Assembly: GCA_048213135.1 (NCBI GenBank)
Contig: PS015599.1
Coordinates: 1-47,955 of the forward strand
Reading direction: 5' to 3'
Length of the DNA: 47,955 bases
Origin: Reclinomonas americana ATCC 50394
Lineage: Eukaryota
A program made the position numbers and the translations under genes. Below are positions 24,086 to 37,781 of the stretch, one piece after another. A model generated the notes under the pieces. The model was not told the origin of the DNA, made no database searches, and was given only the letters and a program-made list of their open reading frames with translations. Each line of letters begins with the position of its first letter. Position 1 is the first letter of the stretch.

Positions 24086-27000
24086 TCACAATGGAACATG
24101 TACAAAGGACAAGGCAGGGGAACGAGGAGGTGGGGAGCCGTGAGAATTGGTTATCGAATCACAAGTGGCGTCGTCGTCAACGGCATCTAACCATGCAATA
24201 TCGCGGGCAATCGCCAAAAAGTCCTCCGAATTCGGATAGCCGGCCCACAATGCGCCCGCGACTTCATAACTCCTCGGATCGCCTGCGTAGGTCGTGTACA
24301 GTCGTCAGGCGAAAAACAACAAGCAAATGATGTGATTTTGCAGCACGCAACGAGTGAGTGAAGTGCGCAACCGATGCGTTACCAGTGACAGCACAGGCGA
24401 ATCGACAAGCAAGCCAATAATCAAAACGTACTCCTCACCCGGCAGCTGTGTACCAAGCACATAGCACAAGCATCATCAGTTGCCGCATAAACCCCAACAA
24501 GCTGTTCTTGCACTGCTGCGTACCGGAAGCACGGAGCCCGTCTGCAAGTATGGCAGACGCGCCCACGTCTTGTGTGCCGGGTACACGGTGCTGATGGCGC
24601 ACGGTGCGGACCGACTGTCGACGTTGTACCAGATGCGCGAGGCGCGAGAGCGAGGGAACGAAGAAACGTCAGTGACGCCCTCGTGGACCAGAATCTGTGG
24701 CGACGGGTTCAGTGAGAGAAACACGGAGCCCAAGTCCAACTGGCACACTCACATGGAACAGAGTCTCGAATTGCACCACGTCGCTGGCCAGAAGCGAGCA
24801 CCCATCGTCGCCTAGCGCGCAAACAACCACTGATGAGCATGACTGTTGACTAGAAAGAGATCAGACTCGACAATACACACCGGCCCACTGGCCCCACAAG
24901 CCGACAGTGCTGGAGGCAGCTGACACGGGCGCAATGCCGAGCACAACGGCACGCTCGTTTCTCTTGCGTCCATTCGGCCCGTCGGACTTCAACGCGCACT
25001 TTTCCAGCGGAACCACACCGAATTTGTGATGCACACGCTTCGGGTGCACATTGAGGACAATGCGCGACCCCCACGATGCCTCCACGGACTCGGCTTCGTA
25101 GCCGCCAGGTTGTACGCGGTAGGCCAGGTAGAAATCCTGCGTAACACAGTGAGCTCTCTCTATCAAGTGCACATGGGGGAAATGAATCGGCGCACCGCTG
25201 GAAGCGACGAGGGGATGGATGCCAGGTCGGCCACCGGCATGACAGCTTCGGAGCTCGACATGGCAGAGTCCTCGGACACAGATCGTGAGTGGGCAGGCTG
25301 CTGCGAGACCTCCACATGCTGGTAGCCTGCCGCCTGTGTTGCGCGTCTTGGTGAGACAAGCATTACGCGCGAGGATCCCACGCAGCACACAAACCTCCTT
25401 CCAGCCGTCGGCATCAATGGCACCCACAAAGTGCTCAATCACCGTGTCGGCAGTCGTCGACAGTGCAGACATGATGTGACGCAGATCGAGTACGGCCACG
25501 CGACTCCGAGTCATCAACTGCAAACAAGGAAGAGGTCAGCGGGCAACGATGACGACGATGATCACGACGACAACACGGGTTCCGCACCTGAGGCGCCCGC
25601 CCCGACGTAATGTCGACGAGTCGCAACACACGACCGCTGTCGTCGCCCTGCTGGCGCAGTCGGTGGTGCTCCATTTTCGACCAGGCGTCTTCCGCCGCTG
25701 CCGACACGATGCGATCCGTGAGGGCCAGATACAAGTAACCTGCAATAAAACAGGGATCGGGTGAGACTGAAAAAAACCTCTCTTCACACACACCATGAAC
25801 CATGCACAAACCTCGAATACTCGATGGATCTCGCACGTCTCCGATGCTAATGGCGGCCTCCCACGCAATCCCACTGCCGTCGTCGCGCTGCAAGACCCCG
25901 TGGTCCGACAGCAACTGGAACACGAGAGTGTTGCCGCGTTGGTTGACTCGGAAAGCAAGCGAACCCTGCATGGCGCATGGAAGAGTGAGACAACCCATCA
26001 TCAGAATGGCGTGGCTAGAGAAACTCACCACTCCAGTTGCAGACACGATCGGGCGTCCGATAGGAATCGGCGCACCAACCAGGTGAATGGCGGTGGCCTC
26101 AGTCGACGACGACACACTGTTCCACGGCACTGGCTGCTCTCCGACCCACACTGTCAGCGACCGTGAGTCACGGACAACGGCCTCCTGCGCAGATGTGTGT
26201 GAGATACGAGATGGCGACGGTTGGCGACAGATGGCAACGCACCGAGATGCACAAGTCGGTCAGGATCAGATCATGGTCGAGGCGTACGTGCACAAACTCG
26301 AGCGATCGCATCGGCGACTCGGGCGACGGCAGCAGCGACGCATTGTCCTCGAAGCGCGGCAGCAGCAGCGGAAGCACAGCGCGAGCCGAGGTGGTGTCGC
26401 GGTTGCTTGCACCATCGAATCTACCCAGATGGACGTGTGAGCGGAGGGATATAAGGCGCGACCATCAGACAAAGTCAGGCACTCACCCACACAGCTCCAG
26501 CTCCAGACGGTACATGGAGATCTTGTCGCGACCGGACACGTCGAAAGGAACATGTACGGCCAGCACTTGACCGTAGCCGTCGTTCGACAGAGCGACGCAG
26601 TGGTGCTTGCTGAGCGGCACTGACAAGATCTCTTCCCCGTGCTTGCCGCGCAGCACGACACGGTCTTGTACGTCAAATATCGGTACCTTGCCTGTTGCAT
26701 GCACTCTTGTGAGACAGCGAATCTCTCTCTCTCACACACACACAAACATCCACATGGTGAGCGTACCAGGCACGGAGAAGAGCAACACCATCGAGGTCGT
26801 CTCGCGTCGACTGCACGTTGCGCGCAGCAGATGGGCAGTGAGAGCGTTCGGCGCAGACTTGGCGGCGGCGCTGTGCGCGCGTCCTGACAACGAGTCCTGC
26901 AGACGCAGCGACATGCGAGTGAGGAGGTGTGGCAGATGATGACTCGCGGTCACCACACACGCACCGCCTTGGACAGAACGAGTTCGGCAAACTGCGGCGA

Positions 27001-30000
27001 CGACATGGCGGCGAACGAGGACCACGGTGAACTGGCAATCACAAACAGCAGCTTGTCCACCACTGCATGAACACACAGAAACGCAGCGTGAGTCTCGTGA
27101 GCCCTATTACCTACATGTACTAAGAAAGAACATGCAGATGCACACCATCCGCCCACAGCTCCTCCTCCGACGGCAGCGGCTTGTCCATGAGGTGTCGCAA
27201 ATAGTCGCGCTCGTCCGTCTGCCGCCGACGCACCTCGGCGCGCAACTGGCCGGGCCAGCCAGCCGTGACAGTTCGCCCAAAAATGTCTGTAACGCAACAA
27301 TAGTGAACACCAGCACACACACACACAAGTGCGCAGCTCACGCAACAATCGTAAAACATGCGCGCTACCGGCGATTCAAATGGTGGCTCGGCGAGAGACG
27401 AGCGACTGGCACGTGATGGAGACATGCGCGAGGGTGAGGGACGCAAGGCGGGTCGGTGAGTGGCCAACATCAGGTCGGCGGTGGCGCGATCCACCAGCTC
27501 CGGGTGCGCCAACTGATCGAGGCGATCGATACCGAGGCCCACGGCAAACACACGAAGCTCATGCAGCAGCGCCTCAATCGAACCCAGCATCTCCGACGAC
27601 AGCAGCTCTACGCACGCCCCAGACATGTAAGTATGGGAAGAGCAGGAAGGAAACATCAGCCGCCTGCAGTACCTCGATCTCCCAGTCCCGATTGTGCATT
27701 CCAGCGGGCGGCGAACGCATCCAGAGCGGCACGATCTTCCGGCAGCTGCACACGAGTGGCATGAGCAGACGCGACGGAAACAGAATACAAAACGCAGGAC
27801 AGACCTTTGCAAGAAACTCCTTGACCAGCCAGATGAACGCGGCGGGACTGAGACGCGAAAAGAAGTCGCGGTTCAGCGAGCCGTCCTGTCAACAGAGAAA
27901 CAAGAAGTAGATATTGAGTGCGCGCAATACGACACGAGGAAGTCAAGAAACGCTGATCACACACCCTTGCAAAGAGGTGCGAACTGACGACGCGTTCGTG
28001 GTCCTCGCTCAAGCTCACACAGACGTACGACTGAGCAAATTGGAATGTATCTGCACGCACGCGCGTGTGGGAAAACCAATGTGACACGTGACAGACTGCG
28101 GTGCAACAAACCAACGAGCAGACGCCGCAAGAGAATCGTCAGTGCGTCCACCACGCCACGCCCGCTGAGCGAGTCGGCCTCCACCACATCACCCGGCCAG
28201 TCACGAAGCGAGGCACGACTGCTGTGCTCCTGTGCAGCTGCCGGTAGAGGTCGTGGTCGCCAGAACAGCAACTCCACCAGCGGTATCTGCGGGAGCAAGG
28301 GCGGTGTCGGCGACCAACAGCACAGGCGCATCCAACACGAAGAACAAGACCACTCAACTCTCTTCATGCCGTCCCGTGCGTGCATGGCGAGCTGCTTCTC
28401 ACCCGGCAGCGCCAACCACAGGTGAGTCGACGTGGACCCAATAAACACTTGCTGTGCGCCGGAGAGGTGGTGCACGATTTCGGCAAACGGCACACGCTCC
28501 ACGAGACGTCGCGACGCCGTCAACCGGTGCTGCTCCTCGGCGGGAATCGGCGACAATGTAACTACCGAACCGGGGGCTATGGGACCAAAGTCGTTGACAA
28601 GCGCGGCCTGGGGTAGGGCGGTGAGCGAAGGCGGACGAACCAGCGCGTGTGAGTGCGATCACGCGGACTCACCGTCGGGTGCAAAAAGGCCTGCACAATG
28701 GCCGCGTCCACTCTCCACTGCTGCAGTCGCTGTCGGAACTCATTCAGGGACACTGTGCCGTCCAGCGACGACACGCCGAGAGCGCTGCGCAGTCGACACA
28801 AATCAGCACCGACTGCGGCGGCAGAGTGAGAGGACGAGGATCACAAGACGCACTGTGCAATCAGGCGATGCATGAGAATGCGTGGCGTCGTGCACGACGG
28901 TTTCCAGGCCTCTGCGAGTGCTGTGTCTCGCGAGCGCTGTCGCGTCGGGTCCACACTCTGGATGCACTCGGGGCCAGTGGACAGCATGCGAACAAATCGA
29001 TTACCCGGATACCTCTGCACGCACACACGTAAATACACGCGCTGGTAGAACTCAACAACAGATGGGCGAGGATATTCAGTCACCTCTTCCACGTGGCGGA
29101 AGAAACCCTGGATCAGGCGCCACAGCGAGTCAGGAAACAAGGAGGGGAAAGAAAAGGCGGAATGCCGGTTACGCACCTCGGCAAACTCACTCAACGCGAC
29201 CTTGCCGGTCTGTGCACCGAACCGCGATCGCCAGAATTCACGCGCCTCGCGCAATCCAAGCGATAGCGTGAGATCCACAGCGTTCTCCACTTGCTCCATC
29301 TGGTGTGTTCAAAGATCATGAGAATCGCGACACGCAAGCAAGGAGGAGAGCACACGCGATGCGCAACATGAATGCTGATGGAGGCCGCCTGAATCACTCC
29401 TTGCAGCACACGAGTCACGTGGCTCAGGCTATCCATGTCTGTGATGCACGCGCAACTGGTAAGCCTTTGTGACCATCAAGATCGGTGAGCGAATATGACA
29501 AATGCGGACCTTTCAAAAACAGACTGCGATACACCTCCACGCGCTTCTCATCCTGCGCAACCAGACATAGGTGAGTATAGCGACACCACAGCCATGAGCA
29601 CGCATCGCATCGCACGCACCTCACGCCGGTGGCCGCAACAGAAAATCCGCGAGAACCCAGCACAGCACGTCCGATCTGCAACGAGGCGATGAACTACGGT
29701 GACGACAGCAGCACACACACAAGAGAGTGACTGACCCTGGATTCCGTGATCGGCCAGTGCATGCAGGATGCGCGCCACATTGTAAGCGTGCACAACCTTG
29801 GCCTCGGCGACACGGAGGATCTGATACACGAGCCGTGTGGTGTGCATGGAGCGATTGCGACGGGCAAGCGCTGGCAACTGCAGATCGCGACCTGCACGCC
29901 AAACAACACACAGATGCTGCTTGAGCGGCTGCGAGAGAGAAACGCAATGCACACTGCACACGCACCGGCAAACAGATTGAGAATTTCATCGTCGGCTGTC

Positions 30001-31103
30001 GGTCGTCGCTCGCTCTCGTCGTCGTCAACGCCGGCAGCTTGCGACCACGCAAAGGGATCGACGGCCGGCAGCTGCTGCGGTGCCGGCAGAATCGGCGAAA
30101 AGTCATCACTGCGCGAAGCTCTCGAGTCGGCTGGCGCAGCGCCGTTAGGCGCTGCCGAGTACCCGTTGGCATTCGGCGGTCGCTGCCGCGCGGCCATCTG
30201 TGTTGCATCGTCGCATGAGCTTCTGCTACAGACACACGACAACAGCAGCAGCAAGACACGCAACAACGCCAAACAAGTCATCGGTAAAGTGCGGTCGCAC
30301 ACTGGCGACACTCGAGCCGCAGCATCCCGTCGGCATCGACAGCATCTCCACCAACTGCCACCACCACAACCACATCAGTGACACAAGAAAGACCTCCAAT
30401 GGCCCAGCACACACACACCTGCTCAGTGGACCGCGACAACACCACATGTCCCTCGGCATCGCGTTGCGTTCGCGGACCAAACGACTGGCGATACACTGGC
30501 AAGCGAGAGAGACAGTCAGAGGCAAAGAGAGATGGCCGCAGTGAGCGCGTGTGACGCACCAGCATCGGCTTGCCAACGAGCGACCACATCATCGCGATTG
30601 CGCCACAATGGCTGCGCTGCAGCAGTCACATCGGGCGCTGGAATCGCCAAATCCACCGTCTCCAACACACGATGCAAGCTACGCACGGAACAAATATCGA
30701 AACGAGGATGAGATGAGAAGGAAGGCGGAGAGCTGATCACTTTTTTTCTTGCCTCACTCACTGACACACACACATGTGCACATATGCACACTGGCTATCG
30801 CTGTGTGTGTCTACGGTTGCACGTGTGTGAGAGAGAGCGAGAGTGGGCCGTGTGTGCGATCGACATGGCCCTCTCTGTTGCAAAGAGTGTGTATATGTGC
30901 GCACGCAACAGCATGAGCGTGACGTGTGTGCTTGCGGCCTGGTCGTTGCGTCGCTGCTGATCGTCGGTGTCGTCATCGTCGTGCATCACGGCGACATCGC
31001 GAGGTTGTTGAGCGGCCCTTTGCGAGGAGTCGAGAGGAGGTGCGGTGATGAGCGCGATGGTGCGCTGGCGCAGCAGCAGGATCGCCTCGCGTGCCTCCTC
31101 CAT
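24086..31103 (-). CDS. Very large multi-exon hypothetical protein with a Cbl-TKB EF-hand-like segment and a beta-rich C-terminal half
   Basis: Around 30 coding-like exons bounded by GT-AG introns. The segment EAREFWRSRFGAQTGKVALSEFAEGF...LIAHALGVSSLDGTVSLNEFRQRL resembles the Cbl EF-hand. Gene boundaries (start 31103 vs 30197, stop 24086 vs joining the GAS2 gene) are uncertain. Confidence 0.55.
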
Positions 31104-31651
31104 GAGACAAGGCCAAGGCGGAGATCGATCGCTCTGTTGTGTGTGTCGGAGGTCGGTGATTGATATGAGAAGAGGACCGCGATCGACGTCGATCGTGTTT
31201 GAGAGGAGGTCCTTTGGAACGGTGTATTGCAGTACATGCAACTAGTTTTTGTTGCGCTGTGTAGGCACAAAGGGAAAGCGATCGGTGCGGGCGCGCGAGT
31301 GCAAGTCGATATCGAGATATCGATGCAGTTTGTGATCGGAAACACGTGCACGAAGCACTGCACGGCTTGTGATTGCCGAGCTAGGCACCACCTAGAAGTA
31401 TTGCATGCGCAGTTGTATCGTTTGCATGAGTTTGCATACGGGAAAGCACTGCACCTTCTGGAGGCCTGCGGAACACTACGTCGACGTCGAGAACCACAAC
31501 TTTCACTGCTCTGCATGCAGTACGAACGCACATTGGGCTGCAGCACTGTGAGAGGAGTCAGTGAGATGCCTCGCCACACAACGCTCACTCCTCCAGTGCA
31601 AGCCACAACAACAGAACGTCGTGTCACATTCTTCCGTCACTTTCGTGTCAC

Positions 31652-31943
31652 ATGCGCGCGCTGGTTGTCGCGCTGTGCTGTCTGGTCGCACTTGTGTGCT
31701 ACTGTGCTGCACAACAACAAGAGCACGATGGTCTGCTGTTTCTTTGCTTCTCCCTCTTGCGCGCTGTGGTCACTGAGACAACTTTTGTGCAGAGAGCGAT
31801 CTGATTGAGAGGTTACCGGGTCAGCCTGCGGGTGTTGCCTTTAAGCAGTACGCGGGATATGTGCAAGTCGATGCTGCGCATAATCGGTGAGAGGAAAGAG
31901 AAGGAGAAGAGAGTGAAGAGAGATGAGAGAGAGAAAGAGAGTA

Positions 31944-32005
<62 letters not shown>

Positions 32006-32757
32006 GTCGTACGTACTACTACGACGTACGACCGTACCGTACTACTACTACTAACGTAACGACGTACCGTAACCGTTCGTTACGTACGTCGGTACGTACG
32101 AACGTAANNNNNNNNNNNNNNNNNNNNNNNNNNNNNNNNNNNNNNNNNNNNNNNNNNNNNNNNNNNNNNNNNNNNNNNNNNNNNNNNNNNNNNNNNNNNN
32201 NNNNNNNNNNNNNNNNNNNNNNNNNNNNNNNNNNNNNNNNNNNNNNNNNNNNNNNNNNNNNNNNNNNNNNNNNNNNNNNNNNNNNNNNNNNNNNNNNNNN
32301 NNNNNNNNNNNNNNNNNNNNNNNNNNNNNNNNNNNNNNNNNNNNNNNNNNNNNNNNNNNNNNNNNNNNNNNNNNNNNNNNNNNNNNNNNNNNNNNNNNNN
32401 NNNNNNNNNNNNNNNNNNNNNNNNNNNNNNNNNNNNNNNNNNNNNNNNNNNNNNNNNNNNNNNNNNNNNNNNNNNNNNNNNNNNNNNNNNNNNNNNNNNN
32501 NNNNNNNNNNNNNNNNNNNNNNNNNNNNNNNNNNNNNNNNNNNNNNNNNNNNNNNNNNNNNNNNNNNNNNNNNNNNNNNNNNNNNNNNNNNNNNNNNNNN
32601 NNNNNNNNNNNNNNNNNNNNNNNNNNNNNNNNNNNNNNNNNNNNNNNNNNNNNNNNNNNNNNNNNNNNNNNNNNNNNNNNNNNNNNNGTCGTTTAACGTT
32701 ACGTACGTACGTACGGGACGGTAGTAGTTGTCGAAGTACGAGTAGCGTGCGCGATAT

Positions 32758-32794
<37 letters not shown>

Positions 32795-32809
32795 AGAGAG
32801 AGAAGAGTA

Positions 32810-32871
<62 letters not shown>

Positions 32872-34953
32872 AGTCATCACTGACACGACTCATCATACAG
32901 CAACCTGTTCTACTGGCTGACAGAGTCACAAAGAGACCCTGCGAGAGATCCACTGGTTACGCTTCCTCCACTGACTGTGTTTGCTTGTCTTGTCCCTCAC
33001 ATAAGGCACAGGTGTTGTGGTTGAACGGAGGACCGGGTTGTTCCTCACTGGAGGGACTGTTTGAGGTATAACAGCAGGCACTGTGTACCACACACGTACG
33101 TGTGCTCAACGCTCACGTGTGCAGGAGTTGGGTCCGTTCATTCCAGCCTCGGATGGGGGCTCGTTGCAGCTCAATCCGTGGTCGTGGAATCGCGTGGCCA
33201 GCATGCTGTTCTTGGAGGTCTCATGCCACCTTGAGTGTGTATCATGCCTTTCGTGTTGCTCAACAGCAGCTGCACGTGTGCAGATGCCGGCGCCGGTCGG
33301 CTTCTCGTACTCGGACGACCCGAGTGACTACATCACGGGCGACTTTGCGACCATTGCCGACACGTATGCGTTCCTGCAGCGGTTCTTTGCCAAGGTTTGT
33401 GACGAAGAGGACCACGCAGTGCCCGGACAGAAGTGCTCACTACAGGCTTCGCAGTATCCGAAGCTGCGAGAGCGCGAGTTCTGGATCTCGGGCGAGTCGT
33501 ACACGGGTCACTATGCGCCCGACTTGGCGCTGGCGATTGTCAATGGAAACCGCAACTCGTCAAACGTGCGTGGAACTCTCCTTCCCTCTCTCTATCACTC
33601 CCATTCCTGCTAATCTCCTCCGTGCTCCACCACAGTTGCACATCAACTTGAAGGGCATGATGGTCGGCAACGCCTACACGTGGTCCGGAGTGGACGACTG
33701 GTCGCAGTTTGCCATGTGGCGCCAGTTCAACGTCATCTCCAACACGACGTTCCGTCCTTCCTCATCCTCACCTCTCTCTTGCCCGAGGGTGCATTGCACT
33801 GACGCACTCTGCATTCAACAGGTACCAGGGCCTGGTGCAGCACTGTACCGGTCCGCCGCCGCACCAGCCGACACCCGACAATCAGTGCCAGCCGTACTTG
33901 GAGCAGGCGCTGAAAGACATGGGGTTACATTCTTCCGTGCACCGCTCCCCTCTCGCTTGCTCCATCTGTAGCCCGCTCACCGTTGCCCTTCCTTCTGCGC
34001 CGCAGTAACATTGACCAGTTCGACCTGTTCAACGATGTGTGCCTCAGCTCCTCCACGGTGTGTGTGTGTGCACATTGTTTTACCTTTGCGCGCAAGTACC
34101 TGATTTGGTACGCAGAACCGAGCCACGCGCCTGGCCAAGTTCGCCTCCGCCTCCAACTGCCACTCGGCATACACTGTCCTGCACCGCGCCTGGCAGCAGC
34201 GAGCGAGACATCGTCTCTCCGACGTGCCCATCGACGTGTGCGTCGATCAGTACACGCAGACGTATCTGAGTCGATCGGATGTGTGGGTTGCGTGCAGTCG
34301 ATAACGTCGTGTACCGCTGCTGCTGCTGCTGGTTATAGACTCTTACGCCCATGACTTGCCACAGAACGCCATTCATGCAACGCGGCGGCCGCTGCCCAAC
34401 ACCTTCAAGTGGACGAGCTGTACCGGCGACGAAATGATTTGGAACGACAGTGACATGCTGCGCTCGCTGCTGCCGGTGTACGAGCAGCTGCTGCCGCACA
34501 ATCTGCGCATTCTCATCTACTCGGGTGATGTCGACAGGTGCGTGTGGTGGATACTTCCCTTGCTGAGCTTGCACACTAACGTCTTCACCATCGACGCAGT
34601 GTTGTTGCATTCCCCGGCACGCGACTGTGGATGGACATGTTGGGCATGAGAGCCATCTCGCCCTATCGGGTGTGGACAGTCAATAAGCAAGTGGCCGGGT
34701 TAGTTCATTCACGCTGACCATGCTGACACATCCATCCACCTCACTCACCTCCCCGTCACAGTCGTACGATTGACTACGACGAGATGACGTACACGAGCAT
34801 TCGGTTCGCCGGCCACATGGTGCCGAGCTCACAAGTTACGCTCCCTCGTATCGATCGCCCACGCTCTCCCGATTACTCACTATGCGCAATATTCTGCAGC
34901 CGGAGCGCGCCTTTGAAATGGTGCGCCGCTTCCTTGCCCATGAGCCACTGTAA
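31652..34953 (+). CDS. Serine carboxypeptidase, peptidase family S10 (secreted/lysosomal)
   Basis: Signal peptide [20 protein letters not shown], then LPGQP...[41 protein letters not shown] (catalytic Ser), YSGDVD (Asp region) and AGHMVP (His). Stop TAA at 34951-34953. One intron spans the 32107-32687 gap. Confidence 0.95.
31948..32869. repeat. (TG)n and (GA)n microsatellites flanking TACG-like runs and a ~580-nt assembly gap, intronic
   Basis: Directly visible. Confidence 0.85.
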
Positions 34954-35121
34954 AAAAAACAACATAATCATGTTCTTCTTCTCTATGGAAACAAAAAGAT
35001 TGTAATGCGGATTCCACCAAACAAAAAAGGAGCAACGTCGAGGGCGTCGACAAGCGAGAACTGTGGGCATGATAAAAAGAGAGAGAAATGCCAGTTCCGT
35101 GAGCAGTCAGTCCTACAGACA

Positions 35122-37781
35122 CTATAGATCCATGTGGTGTTGTACGGAGGTTGGCCCGCGACGGCTGCCGGGCAGCGGCCGCCTGAAGCTGCCAGGTCCG
35201 CTGTTGGTGGAGGGCGCCACCGCGTCGGCACCACCCTTGCGCACCGAGTCTGGATGATCGACGAAGCGGCGCCAGAAGATGATGCAGATGAGTACCGACA
35301 CGGCCATCTGACCAGCGACACCGCCAAAGGCCCACCGCGGGCCCCACTTGTCGTACACATTGGTGACATAAATGGGGCCAATCATGCGCGCGCCGGCACC
35401 GACGGCGTTCAGGATGCCCATCCATGTGCCTTGCGGTGACGGGCCGAGCATCTTCGAGTACAGCGAGTAGATCATGACAGAGGTGGCCGGGTAGCCGAGG
35501 GCGATGAGGAAGCAGGCGCCGAGGAATTGACCGAGATTGAGTTGCGGAATGTCGGCACACCACGGATTGTCGGTGCACGGCGTGGGGATGCCGGCGAATG
35601 GCACCATCAACACAAAAGCCACCGTCATCACCACGTAGCCGGCGAGCATTAGCTGTCGCTCACCGACCCACTTGACCAGGAGCTTGACCGAGATGAACAC
35701 AAACACGGCGATGAGACCCACGGAGCCGAGGATGATGCCGCCGTACAGGTCGGCCTGCTGGCGCGACCAGCTGTACTCGTCCATGGTGAAGGGCGTAAGA
35801 ATGCTGCACGTGGAGAGTAAGTGAGTGCTGGCGGCGACGAAAAGAGAGAGGGAGAGGAGGGATGCACGAAACGTCTCAAAAATGGCAAACACAAAGATGA
35901 CGGCAAAGAAGATGATGGTGCCCATGATGACGCCGAGAATGTCGGGCCTTGAATACTGCGTCGGGTCCTTCATGTCGCGCTTGAGGTCACGCACGCTGCT
36001 CGACACGGAGCGGTGGAGGCTCGAGTGACCGAGCATCAGGCTGACGGCTTCCGAGCGCTCGTCGTCTGAGTTGTTCTGGTAGTCGCCGCCGTCCACGGTG
36101 TTGATGGTCTTGCCGCGGCCTGCGATGGGAGGAAGGGTGAGTAACGAGAGAGAGAAGGAGAAAGTGAGAAGAAGAACGCAACTCGACTGCGACACGGGCG
36201 TGATCAGCGGCGCCGCCTCGCTGGCATCATCGGCGTCGCCCACAGTGTGCTCGGTGAAGAAGAGGACGACCAGCACGAAATTGACGGTCTCGCACACCGC
36301 CGACAGGTAGCCAGGTCCGGTGAGGAAGTCGAACTCGAAAATGCTCCAGTGCCAACCCGGGTTCATGGATGAGAAGGCCGCGCCAATGGCTGCAACAAGG
36401 GTGAGGAGCGAGTGAAGAAGGGAAGGGGGAAGGGGGAGGGGAGGGAGGGGTGTAGAGAGGGAGGGAGGAGGGAGGAAGGGGGAGGGGAAGGGGAGGGAGG
36501 AAGGGCAAGTGAGCAAGAAAGAGAGAGGAAGAGGGAGGAGAGAACGAGCGTGGAGATGAGAAGGGGCTGGTATAGTAAGTGCGTGGAGGAGGAAGGAGAG
36601 AACGAGGGAAGGAGGAAGGTAATGAGTGAGTAAGAGACAAAACGATTGAGCGCGACGACCAACTGAGCGAGAAGACTACCCCTATGCTTATACGTGCATG
36701 AACGCTCATGTGCTCTTTCAAACCTGGACCAAAGATGAAGCCGAGACCCTGCGCAGCACTCATGTACGCCATGGCGCCTGTTCGCTCCTTCAACGTGGTA
36801 GCCTGCGACACATACGAGCGTGCCGGAGCCACATTGCCGGCACCAATGCCCACAATGAGACGCGAGATGAACAAGTTCCACGCATGCGAATACGGCATCG
36901 CCACAGTGAAGCAGTAGAGGAAGTTGCCGACGGCCGTAATGGCGGTGGCCACGGCCAGCGGAATCACACGCCGCGAGTGGTTGGACCAGTAGCCGAAAAT
37001 GAGACTGCCAATGAGCTGCCCGAGGCTGTAGCTGGCCACCACGTAGCCAAGGAAGGCCTTGGTGCCGCCCTCCTTGTCGAGAAAAGGCCACAGCGTCGGA
37101 AGCACCACCGAAAAGCCTGAATGCGAGTCCGCGAAAGTGAGAGACAGAGAAAGCATGTGCGTGCGTGTACATAAGAGACGAACTCACCTGTAGACGAGAG
37201 GAACGTGGTCAAGTACATGAGCCGAATGGAGCGCCATCGCAACTTTTCAGCGCGCATGGTGAACGTGTTGCGACTGATGAAATGACGGAGAAATTATCAG
37301 CAACATGCACGCACACACAAGCCACACGCACGTACACAGGCACACACACAGAGTCACACACTCGTGCGCGAAAAGACAGAGAAAGAGACATGCGCACAAG
37401 ATGAATTTCTCGCACTCTCACATGCGCACTCCTTTGCTCTGTGTGTGCGTGTGTGCGTGTGCGTGTGTGTGCGTGAGCGTCTCATACGTGCCTGAAGAGC
37501 GCGCGATCATCCTTATCTGCATCGCCATCAATGATGTTTGCAGTGTTTGCATCGTCTGAGTCATCATCATCCTCCGCAGGGACGCCTCCGCCTCCGCCTC
37601 GTCTTGCCACGTCATCCACCAGTGCGCCATCATCGCCGTCGTCGTCGTCGTCGGCGAAGCGAGCAGAGTGCTCACTGCGGCCAAAGCGATCCGAGTCGCC
37701 GTCGGCGCCTCGCCGGGAGCCCGGGCCTCCGGAGGCGGAGGAGGTGGGTATGCGCGGGGCAGAGCCGTGGCGGCCGCTCAT
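35122..37781 (-). CDS. MFSD8: Major facilitator superfamily transporter, MFSD8/CLN7-like
   Basis: RWRSIRLMYLTTFLSST|GFSVVLPTLWPFL...FLGYVVASYSLGQ...FGYWSN, GIGAGNVA..RSYV..AT...ERT.AMA, and YSLYSKMLGPSPQGTWMG.L...G..AR..GP closely follow MFSD8. The start could instead be at 37850. Confidence 0.9.
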
